Below, one piece after another: positions 44,301-55,029 of a stretch of DNA of 64,000 nt. Source of the stretch: Lingula anatina (taxonomy: Eukaryota > Animalia > Brachiopoda); assembly GCA_051362555.1 (NCBI GenBank), contig CM120642.1:28830001-28894000 (forward strand). Reading direction: 5' to 3'. The position numbers were made by a program, and so were the translations under genes. The notes under the pieces are model-generated. The model did no database searches, was not told where the DNA came from, and saw only the letters and a list, made by a program, of their open reading frames with translations. How positions within the stretch are numbered: the stretch's first letter is position 1; every line of letters begins with the position of its first letter.

Positions 44301-46758
44301 AAACTAAAAATCGAGTTTTAGACGTATTTTTAATATCCTAGACCCCTTAAGAAAGCTCTGACTGAGTCCCCAGTTCTGGCGTTGCCTAACCTGGAAGATC
44401 AGTTCATCCTGGATACTGATGCCTCGGATCACGCTATTGGGGCAGAGTTGATCCAGGTACAGGGTGGCAAAGAGCGAGTGGTAGCTTATGGAAGCTACGC
44501 CCTCACGAAGGAGCAGAAAAGATACTGCGTGACACGCAGGGAGCTCCTGGCGGTAGTCAGATTCACCAGACAATTCCGCCATAATTTGCTGGGCAAACCT
44601 TTTATAGTAAGATCAGATCATTCTAGTCTGAGGTGGTTGTTGCACTTCTGTGAGCCACAGGGGCAACTGGCGAGATGGCTGGAGGAGCTATCTCAGTACA
44701 ATATGGTACTGCAGTACCGTGCGGGTCGTGAGCACTGTAATGCTGACGCATTGTCGAGAATGCCCTGCGGGGAGCAGACATGCTCAGCTGACCGAGCGGG
44801 AGCACGACTGGAAGAGTTGCCAGTGGTTACGTCTGGGGACACAGATGGGGACACTGCATTGTCGATAACCCCCCTTGGGGGACAGGCATGCTCTGGTCTC
44901 CATGCTGGTGTAAGGCCAGAAGAGTTGCCATGTGGAGGGTGCAAGTACTGCACCAAGGCCCACGAGAGTTGGCACTCATTCTTCCAGGAGGTGGACGAGG
45001 TTGTTCCCTTGGGGAACATGGGTTCACAGTCAAGGGTTCCTTCACTGATCACGACGGGAAGGTCAGGGCTGTTAGAGAGGTCTGTCAGGGACCTCTGGGT
45101 AACGTCCATGGGGAAGAGGAAGGAAGTGAGGAGTTATCCACCTATGTGGATGAGACCCAGCTTTTTGGTGAGGTGCTACCTGTAGATGGTTCAGAGTGTG
45201 TGGGGAAATTGATCGATGCATTGGATATCATTCCCTGGGGTCATGAAACTAGCGAGGATACTCCTAGTGTAAACATGGTAGGCACCCGGAGCTCTAGTTA
45301 TAGTGGTAATCAGGGTGGGTCGGGTCCAATACCCTCATCTGCTGAAAATGGACAACTCCGTACGAGTTGGGGGTACAGCGTTGAGGATTTAAAGGCGGCC
45401 CAGTCCAAAGACACGGACCTCACCTTTGTGCTGCAATGGTTAGAGGATGGGTCTGTACCAGATTCCTCAGCTTTGTTTAGAGCTAGACCCGCTGCTAAGC
45501 ACTACTGGCTGAATAAGGAATTATTGGTCCAAATAGATGGGGTGCTGTATCGCACAGACCCTAACTCAGAAGATAAATTCTTGGTGCTTCCAAAGAGCAT
45601 GACAGAGCAAGCGATAGCCTTACACCATGACTTGCCCTCTGCTGGACACCAAGGGGTGGCCCGTACCACGGAATGAGTTAAAGAGAAGTTCTTCTGGTAT
45701 GGCCTCAGTCGTGATGTGTCCAGGTATGTGGTCGGTTGTCCTCTGTGTAACCAGAACAAAAAGACAACACGACAAGGCAAATGTGCTCTGACAGAATTTC
45801 AGGCAGGAGCCCCCATGGAGCGGGTCCACCTAGACTTCCTGGCCCCCCTGCCAAAGACAGCTCAGGGGAATGAATATGTGTTGATGATTGTGGATCAGTT
45901 CACAAAATGGGTGGAGTGCATTCCCGTCCCATCACAATCAGCACAAGAAACTGCACAAGCAGCAGTGAACCATTTCTTCTCTCGGTTTGGAACCCCCATG
46001 GAGATCCTCACAGACCAGGGGAGAAACTTCGAGTCTAGGTTGTTCGCTGAACTGTGCAAAGTCCTTGAAATTCACAAGACCCGGACTACCCCTTACAGGC
46101 TGTCAGCGAATGGGCAGGTAGAGCGCTACAACCGCACCCTCATGGATGCTGTACGGTGTTTTGTTGGCAAATCCCAGAAGCAGTGGGACGTACATCTGCA
46201 ACAGATTGCTGGTGCCCTGCGATCATCTGTTAATCGTATGACTGGGTTCTCTGCCAACATGATGATGCTGGGTAGGGAGGTTAACACGCCTGCAAGTCTA
46301 ATGTTCCCCCTGAAGGCGAGCCAACCACAATCACCTGAGGCATATGTGAATGAATTGGAGTCCACTCTCCAGAGAGCACATGAGACAGCTCGGATGGTCA
46401 TGAAGGCCACTTCTAACCGCATGAAAAGGGACCATGATCTGCGTCTGCTGGAACGCGCGTATCAGGTGGGGGACCCTGTGTACATCCTGGACACTGCTGT
46501 ATTAAAAGGCAAGTGTAAAAAGCTATCTCCTCAATGGAGAGGCCCCGGGATTATTGTTGGAAAGCTTTCTGGAGCGGTTTTCCGCATAAAGGTACGTAAT
46601 TCAGTGTTTGTTACAAATCACGACCGCCTTAAACCATGTCGTGACCGAGTTCTTCCCCGCTGGCTGCAGAAGATCAGAGACAGCCCCAGTGACATAGCCC
46701 AGTCAGCTAGGGGTGATGACAGGGTGTACTGTTTCTGTAGAAAACAGTGGCAGCAGCG
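41270..46758 (+). pseudogene. pol: Gypsy pol (protease, RT, RNase H, integrase), disrupted
   Basis: VDTAAQVT (protease); YCIDYRALN, MGFGLCGAPATF, FLDD (RT); DTDASD..IGA, RRELLAVV, NADALSR (RNase H); H..GHQG/C..C, HLDF, TDQGRNFES, NGQVERYNRTL, GPG (integrase). In-frame stops at 41813, 42107 and 45674, a frameshift near 45100, and an insertion at ~42947..44346. Confidence 0.92.
42947..44346. mobile_element. AT-rich DNA-transposon fragment nested in pol (TTAA-associated, Kolobok-like)
   Basis: Abrupt switch to AT-rich sequence after RT ...WPTPT; right end ...aatatcctagacccc|ttaa, then pol resumes (LKKALTESPVL). The left TIR is absent and part of the RT/RH connection is deleted. Confidence 0.6.
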
Positions 46759-47993
46759 CAACACGTTTGTCACTATGCTCTACGCGGAAGCAGCTGGAGG
46801 TTGAATTAGTTGAATTAGTCTGAATCGTTCTTCTATCTGCAGTGTTAAACTATACGTTTAAATTCATATCACACAAATAAATCATTTACCTTTATCGTCA
46901 GTGTGTGATTCCTGCACCTACTTTCGTCAAATATGACAAGACCAAGAAAAATTATCCGCAAAATATATTTTGTCAGCCTTTGATCGGCCATCTTTGAAAT
47001 GTAGTAGAGAGCGACGCGCGTGAAGCTTTGATAAGCATACTTCTTCGTGATGTTCAATGAATAAGCACGCGGCTAAGCCCTATGATTGCGATTGATGCGG
47101 TGATTGCTTTGGCCAAGGAAGTAGATATCTATTGGCTTTTCTCAGTGTAAGGCCTTACTCGTCGACTGGCGGTAGGCCTATATGAAGCAGAGTAAGGCTA
47201 TATAAACTGAAAAATAATTGCTGCGTTTCATAAGTTAAGCTTGCTGCAGTTTTCGGTCTTACAAAAAACATGCCAAGTAGGCCTACCGCGCGGTTACCAG
47301 GACAAAAAAGTTACGAAGACAAAAAAAGTGAGGCAAATGTTAAAGCTATCAGCAAGCACGTATAGGCCTATAGTAAGGTTGCTGGGAGCCGGTATTAACC
47401 GGGAAAAGAAGGCCTATTTATGAAAATGATTTTATCTAAATAAGAAAAAAATTAACAAAATCTTTTGTAAAATTCTAATTCGTTTGTATATTCCCCTTTT
47501 CTTTCGGTGAATCAAACTCTTTTGTAATAAACGATTACAGTGATAGTCCAATGCAACTTTTATCTGATCTGAAAAAAAAAAGGAAAAGAAACACGTACAT
47601 GCATGCAATGGCTCAAATGAATGGAAAAGGAAAAGCTTGATGTTAACATTGGTCCGTGGTCACCTTCAATCAGTGAAATAAGCACATATGTTTGTATCAT
47701 GCAAATTGTTATTGTTTGCTTCTCGGTCAGCACGTGCACCAACCGTTTATCAATAATTAGCATGAGGGTCATTGTTGATAGCTCGTTATTTTGGTCATTG
47801 AAGAATCCAATGAACACCGGTAGACCAGCATGTTCCTTATGTCCAGCAATTAACCTCCATCAAGTATAATTTATTAGACGGTAATCGATAGTTTCGTGAG
47901 CGACATGGCTTGACCCATGCTGGTGTGTGTGTGTGTGTGCGTGCGTGCGTGTGTGTTTTATTTAGGGTGAGGGGCGTTTAGCTTAGCTTTAAC

Positions 47994-48022
47994 CAGGGAA
48001 TTATATCCGATATTATTCCCTG
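47994..48022. mobile_element. 29-bp TIR-only palindrome with 7-bp TSD (P-element-like footprint)
   Basis: ctttaac|cagggaattatatccgatattattccctg|ctttaac. Confidence 0.65.
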
Positions 48023-48507
48023 CTTTAACTTATATCATTTTAGAGCTCAATCCCAATGACACTCGTTCTAAGAAAATAACGCCTTCATGGTGCCTGCTTC
48101 ACCAATTTAAGTCTACTTTGACAAGAGATGAATGAGAAGAATTATATAGCATGTTTTAGATCTACAATCTTTCATGCACATTTTTTCCGGATCAAAATGG
48201 ATCAAATGTTTGTTATAAAAGTAAGGACTAACTTCGATCTAAAATTTTGTGACCTCACCCCCCCCCCCCCCCCAAGGACACACACACACACACACCTTGG
48301 TCACTGCCCTTAGTCATTTATTGTCCAAGATCATAATAAAGCATCTCGAATTTCTTTATAAAAACCTGGTTAAAACCTTGTTTAAACGGTCTTAAAAGCC
48401 CTTCTACTCTTCCATCCAGGATCTTTGTCTCGAATTTTAAATCAGTGAAAATTTTATTTTAAGAGAAAGGAAACAACTGGTTTATTTCTATATAGGACTA
48501 TATATAT

Positions 48508-50187
48508 CAGTGTATGAAATGGCCGCCTGCCCGCCAGCCCGAGGCTGGTAACTTTCAGGCCGGGCGGGTAAGATTTGCAAATTACCCGCCCGGCGGGCTG
48601 GCTATTTTTACAGCCTATTTCCACTTTTATTTTGTCTATGTTCACAAGCGATTTCAGCAAAATATCAGATAAACTCAATGTTTTCACCCACTTTCATAGA
48701 AGCAAAGAATTAAGCTTGCAATCGAACGCTCTTATCGAAATGTAACCAACAGTCTCCCTCTCAGTGGCCTCGTTTTCGAAGTTCCGTCTGTGTGATATGA
48801 AGTTGAAAAACAATTTGAAACGAGGTACATTGTTCTTAACCAGCTTCAGTGCACAGCAGATAATGTTACGTCATTGTTTTGTGTAGAGGAGATACCGCGA
48901 GTAGCAATTTGTAGGTTGAGAGTAATAAAAATGTGAAGGTATAAAAAATTATGATATTGATTAAATAGACTTATAGGTACATGAAGTGCTTATAATCAAC
49001 AGTAATCAAGGCAACAGAGGCAAATTAAAGGAAAATTTTACAAAAAATTTGAATCCCAAAATTGTGAGTGAACGTACGAGTTTACGCCGTGCGTCAGATG
49101 TAGTTTTTTTCCCATGTGCTTTCATCTTGGGCTGTCAAAAATGAAAAGATTCTATCAAGTCCGATAGAGAAGTTCACAAAAGAAAAACAATTGAGGAAAG
49201 AAATAAAAATAACAAAGATTACGACAGAACCAAACGAAAGAGAACAAATTGGGACTCATGGAAAGGTGACTTCGATTTGCAATTAGTCGAGCGGCAACAT
49301 TTTTTGTAAAACCGTAGGCCTAACTCCAAAGTATCACGCATTGCGACCAAGCGCAAGCATCTCGATCCAATAACTCGCCCATACTCGCCCCATATAATAT
49401 ATTGTAGCCTCTATATGATATATATAGCTATTCTCAATAAGCAATGCTTTCAAGATACGTGGCCCTGCAGGACTGTCTATGGGCCATTAGCGTGCAGGAC
49501 CGTTCCCGACCGCTTTTAAAAGCTTAAAAGCGATATTCAAAGGGACCCTATACGTGCTGAATTCTTTCTTCTTTATTGTTAGCACAGAGATCAATTTATT
49601 TGACAACAATATATATGTTTGGTCATACTTGTTGCTATACAGAAAAGCAAAAATTATGATCAAATGATATCACGAAATCGGAATAAAAGTTATGAATAAA
49701 TTATTGAAGAAGAAATGAGAAACAAAAGGGGGACATAAACTGAATTGACTACCCCCGCCCTCCCCCGCCCGCTAAAGGGCCCTGAAAATTTTTGGTATTT
49801 TAGATGGTGAATGGTGCCATTTGGTATGGTTTAGAACTATGATTCAACTAGTGAAAGTCTTAATTATTTCAGGAGGTGAGGTTTTTTTTACAGAAATTGA
49901 AAGTGGGGCGTCAGGACCCCCCTGACCCCCCTCTAAATCCAACACTGACAAGGTATCATTCAGTAGAAATTCCAACCAATTTCTAAATTTCCATGCATAA
50001 GGCATGATATTGCCCTTTCATTTCCAAATTACTCTCCCAAGAATGCACTCTAGACCCCCTCAGCATACCTCTCTTAACTCTAGGGGTTATCATAACTAGG
50101 GCAGGTAACTACATGGCCGGGCTGGTAACTTTTCAGAGTTACCTGCCCGGCGGTCTGGCTAGTAATTTCCTTGAATTTCATACACTG
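48508..50187. mobile_element. 1.7-kb non-autonomous hAT-like element
   Basis: TIRs cagtgtatgaaat / atttcatacactg; tatatat flanks; subterminal ggctggtaacttt repeats; absent from the paralogous site ~27770. Confidence 0.78.
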
Positions 50188-50651
50188 TATATATTTATTT
50201 AATTTTACTTTTCAGTTAATGTTACCCATACAGTTAGTTTTTATTTCGAAACATGAACTATATTTTACAATATACCAGATGCTAACATTTGTTTTCAAGA
50301 GGGATGTATACATGTATAGTAACAATGACACTACATAAAGTTGGTGATAAAAGAAGCGTAAACAAAAAAATAAAATTGATCAATCTACTTGATAAGATCA
50401 GTACATAAACCAAATAAATAAAACTTTATGGAGTTAATTTTGGTGATTAGCAATCGAACGATGAAAATAACTTTAAAATAGGCCCTATAGCATTCTAATG
50501 TTAAATTATCGTAGCTAACAGATGAATCCACCACGTCATGTTTTGTGCATTGATAACCAACCTTCTAGTTTTTCAATAAATAAAATATCTTTTCAGCAGC
50601 AATATAATTTAGTATATGTGGCGTGGGTAGGGCTAACGCCATATATAACCC

Positions 50652-51608
50652 CTATGCTGGGAGTTGCAAGTTTGTACCCCCGTGTTCGATCATCTTCTCG
50701 AACACGACGGAAAACTCCGCCATCCACCCCGCGTTATCGGCTGCGAACTCCTCCACAATGTCCTTGGTGGCGGCATAGGGGCACAGGGCCGCGTTCGTAG
50801 GGCAAGTCAGGGTTTGGCCGGTAGTGGCATTTGGGCTGATATCCCTGTACAGAACCATGTCGCTGTTCAACATCATGTGCCCGCGTCCACTTGCGTCGTC
50901 TCCGTCCCATTGGAAAAGGGTTCCTCTTTGCAAACTCGTCTGACTCCAGCTAACACCACCCCCGTCAGCCAGCTTAACGAAGTAGTCGTTATCAAAGGAA
51001 TCTTTCCTAGGAACCCACCTGCCCCGGAATCCAGAGTTTTCTCGGTGAGCTTCCCCAAGGGTGTGGGCGCCTAGAAGAGCCACCGTTTCTCGAGACGTGA
51101 AACTAAATTCATTGGCGAAGAACTGCAGCGTCTTTGTCAGGTTGGCGATACCGGAGGGAAAGCTCCTCGTGGCGACTGTTGCTGGGTCACAGTCTGTCCT
51201 GCCGTAGCGGAAAGTGACGCTAGGGGTTGGATTGACACAGTTTCTGCCACATCGCCTCTGTAAAGACGCCCCTACCTCCACGCCCACTATACCTGCCAGA
51301 GCGTAGAAGTCCGCACGGGAGATCAGGGCGCTGATACCGTTGGATGTATCGCCATACAGTGCATCTAATAAGCCGACTACTGTCTGAAGTCCGGCGTTAT
51401 CTGCATTCGAAAAGTCAACGCAGCCGTCGCATCCCCCAACGCAATCGTGAAAAGCTAGGCGCACGTTAGCGGCAACCAGTGGCCTCTCGCCGTCGCTGTC
51501 TTGAGTGTTAACAAGAATAGTGAGCAAATCCTTAAGGTTTTCCACGTCTGTCGTTGTTAGGGATTGCACGGCAGAAGCCGCGAGCACACACAGCAAATAA
51601 CGTATCAT
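50652..51608 (-). CDS. Secreted non-animal heme peroxidase (peroxidase-catalase superfamily; Hydra APX1-like), intronless
   Basis: Signal peptide MIRYLLCVLAASAVQS; distal RLAFHDC.GGCDG; ISRADFYALAG; FRYGRTDC; proximal VALLGAHTLG; SGFRGRW; FDNDYF; MLNSD. TATA box upstream. Confidence 0.92.
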   Translation of the reverse strand: MIRYLLCVLAASAVQSLTTTDVENLKDLLTILVNTQDSDGERPLVAANVRLAFHDCVGGCDGCVDFSNADNAGLQTVVGLLDALYGDTSNGISALISRADFYALAGIVGVEVGASLQRRCGRNCVNPTPSVTFRYGRTDCDPATVATRSFPSGIANLTKTLQFFANEFSFTSRETVALLGAHTLGEAHRENSGFRGRWVPRKDSFDNDYFVKLADGGGVSWSQTSLQRGTLFQWDGDDASGRGHMMLNSDMVLYRDISPNATTGQTLTCPTNAALCPYAATKDIVEEFAADNAGWMAEFSVVFEKMIEHGGTNLQLPA

Positions 51609-51681
51609 GGTGGTTGTTTTGTTGAAAATCACTTGTCCCTGTTGATTAGAAAAATACCTTCTTGGTTATTTGGTTGCCCAC

Positions 51682-51693
51682 CCTTTATATATC
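51682..51693 (-). promoter_or_regulatory. TATA box
   Basis: The minus strand reads GATATATAAAGG ~80 bp upstream of the ATG; conserved upstream of the second copy (~55141..55152) although surrounding sequence diverges. Confidence 0.7.
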
Positions 51694-52110
51694 TTGTCAG
51701 AAATATAACATGTAAAAAAAAAAACAAAAACGTCTGAGGTGTCATCTTAACTGTCAGGTGAGGAGAATGTAGGTGTTTAACACCTGTGATCACCTATATA
51801 ATTAGACAGGGGTTCTAAAGACGTTTTGTCTTTGAGCAGACGCAATTGATGAAAACCCTCCATTTCAGACAAAACTCCGATTCCTTGCGAAACTAATGTC
51901 CACCTTGTCGATTACGACATTCTGGTACTTACCAATACTGGGCCATATTTATGATGAAAATTATCAGTTCCCCAACAATACGTTTGGGACTACTGATAAT
52001 TTTCATCAAGTACATATACCTTATGACCAGTAATAAGCCTACATCAAGTGTAATTGACAAGACGATAAATGTCAGCTTCGTGAGCGAATTGGCTTGGCAC
52101 GTGTGTGTGA

Positions 52111-52111
<1 letters not shown>

Positions 52112-52145
<34 letters not shown>

Positions 52146-52162
52146 CGTGTGTGTGTGTGTGT
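52112..52162. repeat. (GT)n microsatellite
   Basis: Direct observation; a paralogous tract lies at ~47922. Confidence 0.9.
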
Positions 52163-54069
52163 GGTGGTAGGGTGAGACTCGTATTGTTTTAATTTAAATA
52201 TAGAAGGCAGGTATTAGATTGAACTCACTCGTTATAGAATCCTGGACTTAAGCGGTGGACACGCTCAAAACGGGTCAATAAAGGTGTTTCATTAGCCCCT
52301 ACTTGGACTTGTTTCACAAAATGCTGTCTATCTTAAGTTATAGACTTATAAAATTTCACATGAAGGCACTTTTAATAGGCAACTTCATGGGATTTACCCA
52401 CCAAAATGGATTTTCCCAGGGAATAAGCAATTTTCTCGCACTCACAAACCATTTATCTATTCCTCTTTGCATTTGAATTCGACCTTTGATTTATTTTTTT
52501 GAAATTTTATTTAGTTTAAAATGACTTGTCTTATAATCAGCGGCCATCTTCCTCAGCTTTGATGGAAGCATCAACATCAGATACGTTCCAGAAAAAAATA
52601 ATTTAGGAGGTTCAATTGTTTTTAAGGTGTATGTTAGATTTTATAAGAAGCTGTGGATGGCAAAAATAAACATTTGGAGGGGTTCAAACCCAAGGAGTGT
52701 ACCTTTAAATGAGGGCATTAAACCTTTTTCAAAGAAAAAAAAGGCAGGAGATGGTGAATGATGTACAGCACCAGTTACTTCAGTATTTATTTTGGTAGAT
52801 ATATCCTTCATGAAGGAAACCAAAGTATGTGCACTTCACATTACGCCAACGTCTCAATTTTTTATTCTTTTCTTGAGGACGTGAACCCTTGGGTCCGCTT
52901 CACAATAAATTTTTTGTCTGAAAATTGGTCGAATGTTTAACACCAAAATTTAAGGTTACTTTAACCAAAGAAGAATGAGAAGTAGCCCAATTCAGTGGCA
53001 TATTAGACAAGTTTTATAACATGTTTTGGATCTATAGTTATATATTACTCATTGCCCATGCGTTTTTCTAATGAATAGAACAGGCTAAATTTTTGGAATG
53101 AAGGCGAAGACTAAATTCAGTCTGAAGTTCTTTTCTAAAACACTCCCTCCCACCCTTGGCGTCTTATTGTCCAGGTACGTAATAATGCATCTCGATTTTT
53201 TTTCTGAAAACCTTGTTAAAACGTCAGAGGAGAATTTCATCAGCTGTTTTATGTTATACCCGCCTTTCTGAAGACAGTTAGAGGGGGCGGGGTTTATCTC
53301 CTGGATAGAGATTATCCACATGGATACTTAATTCCCTGATGAAGATGCTCTGAGAGACATCGGCGCGGAATATTGGAGGTAATATTAGCTGTTGATTGAA
53401 TAAAAGAAAATGCTTTATTCTTATTGAAATGGTCCTAAACTCCCTTCATCTCTTCCATCCAGCATCTATGTCTGTGATTTTTAATCAATTAAACTCTCAT
53501 TTCAAATGAAAGAAAACAAATCGTTTATTGTTATAAATATAGTTATTTAATTTCACCTTTCAGTTAATGTGATCCATACAGCTATTACTTTCAAACATAA
53601 AGTGTGAATTTTTTACAATAAAACAGACATTAACTTTTCTCTGTAAGAGGAATGTATATTGTAACAACAATAAACATATAGTAAAGTTAATCATAATAGA
53701 AGCGTAATCCTCCCCCCGAAAAAAAATAAAACACTACCACCGATTTATGTAGTTGAAAAGATTAATATAAAAACTGAATAAATAAAACTTTATGTAAATA
53801 TGTAAATGATCATAAGGTCGTGTTAATTTTGGTGAATAGCTATCAGACTATGAAAATCATTTATTAATTGTATACATGTATCAAGAACCGTAGCGAACAG
53901 ATCATAATCCTCGTCGTCATGTTTCGTCCATTATAAACATGTAATTATGAACATCTATTCATAACCATTCATGTAATTTTTCAATTAACAGATATAGGCC
54001 AGTTTCTGTTGGCGGGTAATTTTTGTATTTGAAAAGTAAAATATCTTTTAAACAACAAAATTTTAGCCC

Positions 54070-55029
54070 CTATGCTGGGAGCTGCAGGTTTGTACTCCCG
54101 TGTTCGATCATCTTCTCGAACACATCGGAAAACTCCGCCATCCACCCGGCGTTATCGGCTGCAAACTCCTCCACAATGTCCTTGGTGGCGGCATAGGGGC
54201 ACAGGGCCACGTTCGTAGGGCAAGTCAGGGTTTGGCCGGTAGTGGCATTTGGGCTGATATCCCTGTAAAGAACCATGTCGCTGTTCAACATCATGTGCCC
54301 GCGTCCACTTGCGTCGTCTCCGTTCCATTGGTAAAGGGTTCCTCTTTGCAAACTCGTCTGACTCCAGCTAACACCACCCCCGTCAGCCAGCTTAACGAAG
54401 TAGTCGTTATCAAAGGAGTCTTTCCTAGGAACCCACCTGCCCCGGAATCCAGAGTTTTCTCGGTGAGCTTCCCCAAGGGTGTGGGCGCCTAGAAGAGCCA
54501 CCGTTTCTCGAGACGTGAAACTAAATTCATTGGCAAAGAATTCCAGCGTCTTTGTGAGGTTGGCGATACCTGAAGGAAAGCTCCTACCGGCGACTGTAGC
54601 TGGGTCACAGTCTGTCCTGCCGTAGCGGAAAGTGACGCTGGGGGTTGGATTGACACAGTTTCGGCCACATCGCAGCTGTAAGGAAGCCCCCACCTCCACG
54701 CCCACTATACCTGCCAGAGCGTAGAAGTCCGCACGGGAGATCAGGGCGCTGATACCGTTGGAAGTATCGTCATACATTGCATCTAATAAGCCTACTACTG
54801 TCTGAAGTCCGGCGTTATCTGCATGCGAAAAGTCAACGCAGCCGTCGCATCCCCCAACGCAATCGTGAAACGCTAGGCGCACGGTAGCGGCAACCAGTGG
54901 CCTCTCGTTGTCGGCGTTAGCAGTGTGAATGAGATTAGCGAGCAGGGCCTTAATGTTTTCCATTTGCGATGTTGTTAGGGATTGTACGGCAGCAACGGCG
55001 CTAAGCGCACACAGCAGGTAGCGCATCAT
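54070..55029 (-). CDS. Second intact intronless secreted non-animal heme peroxidase
   Basis: MMRYLLCALSAVAAVQS...RLAFHDCVGGCDG...GAHTLG...NLQLPA*; near-identical to 50652..51608 downstream of the first ~45 aa. Confidence 0.92.
   Translation of the reverse strand: MMRYLLCALSAVAAVQSLTTSQMENIKALLANLIHTANADNERPLVAATVRLAFHDCVGGCDGCVDFSHADNAGLQTVVGLLDAMYDDTSNGISALISRADFYALAGIVGVEVGASLQLRCGRNCVNPTPSVTFRYGRTDCDPATVAGRSFPSGIANLTKTLEFFANEFSFTSRETVALLGAHTLGEAHRENSGFRGRWVPRKDSFDNDYFVKLADGGGVSWSQTSLQRGTLYQWNGDDASGRGHMMLNSDMVLYRDISPNATTGQTLTCPTNVALCPYAATKDIVEEFAADNAGWMAEFSDVFEKMIEHGSTNLQLPA

Larger units (their letters stand above)
39332..46758 (+). mobile_element. Ty3/Gypsy LTR retrotransposon, decayed, lacking the 3' LTR
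   Basis: 5' LTR + PBS + gag + pol in PR-RT-RH-IN order; GC-rich relative to host; inserted between gactcata and caacacg, which are contiguous at ~20221 in unit A. Confidence 0.95.

Noticed and set aside
52190-52990. Possible further TTAA-type element between the peroxidase genes (also ~55720..56410)
   Set aside because: Could not identify matching TIRs or TSDs by eye.
50652-55029. Peroxidase genes as algal or bacterial contamination
   Set aside because: They are embedded in host-type repeats, have TATA boxes, and one copy is part of the host segmental duplication.
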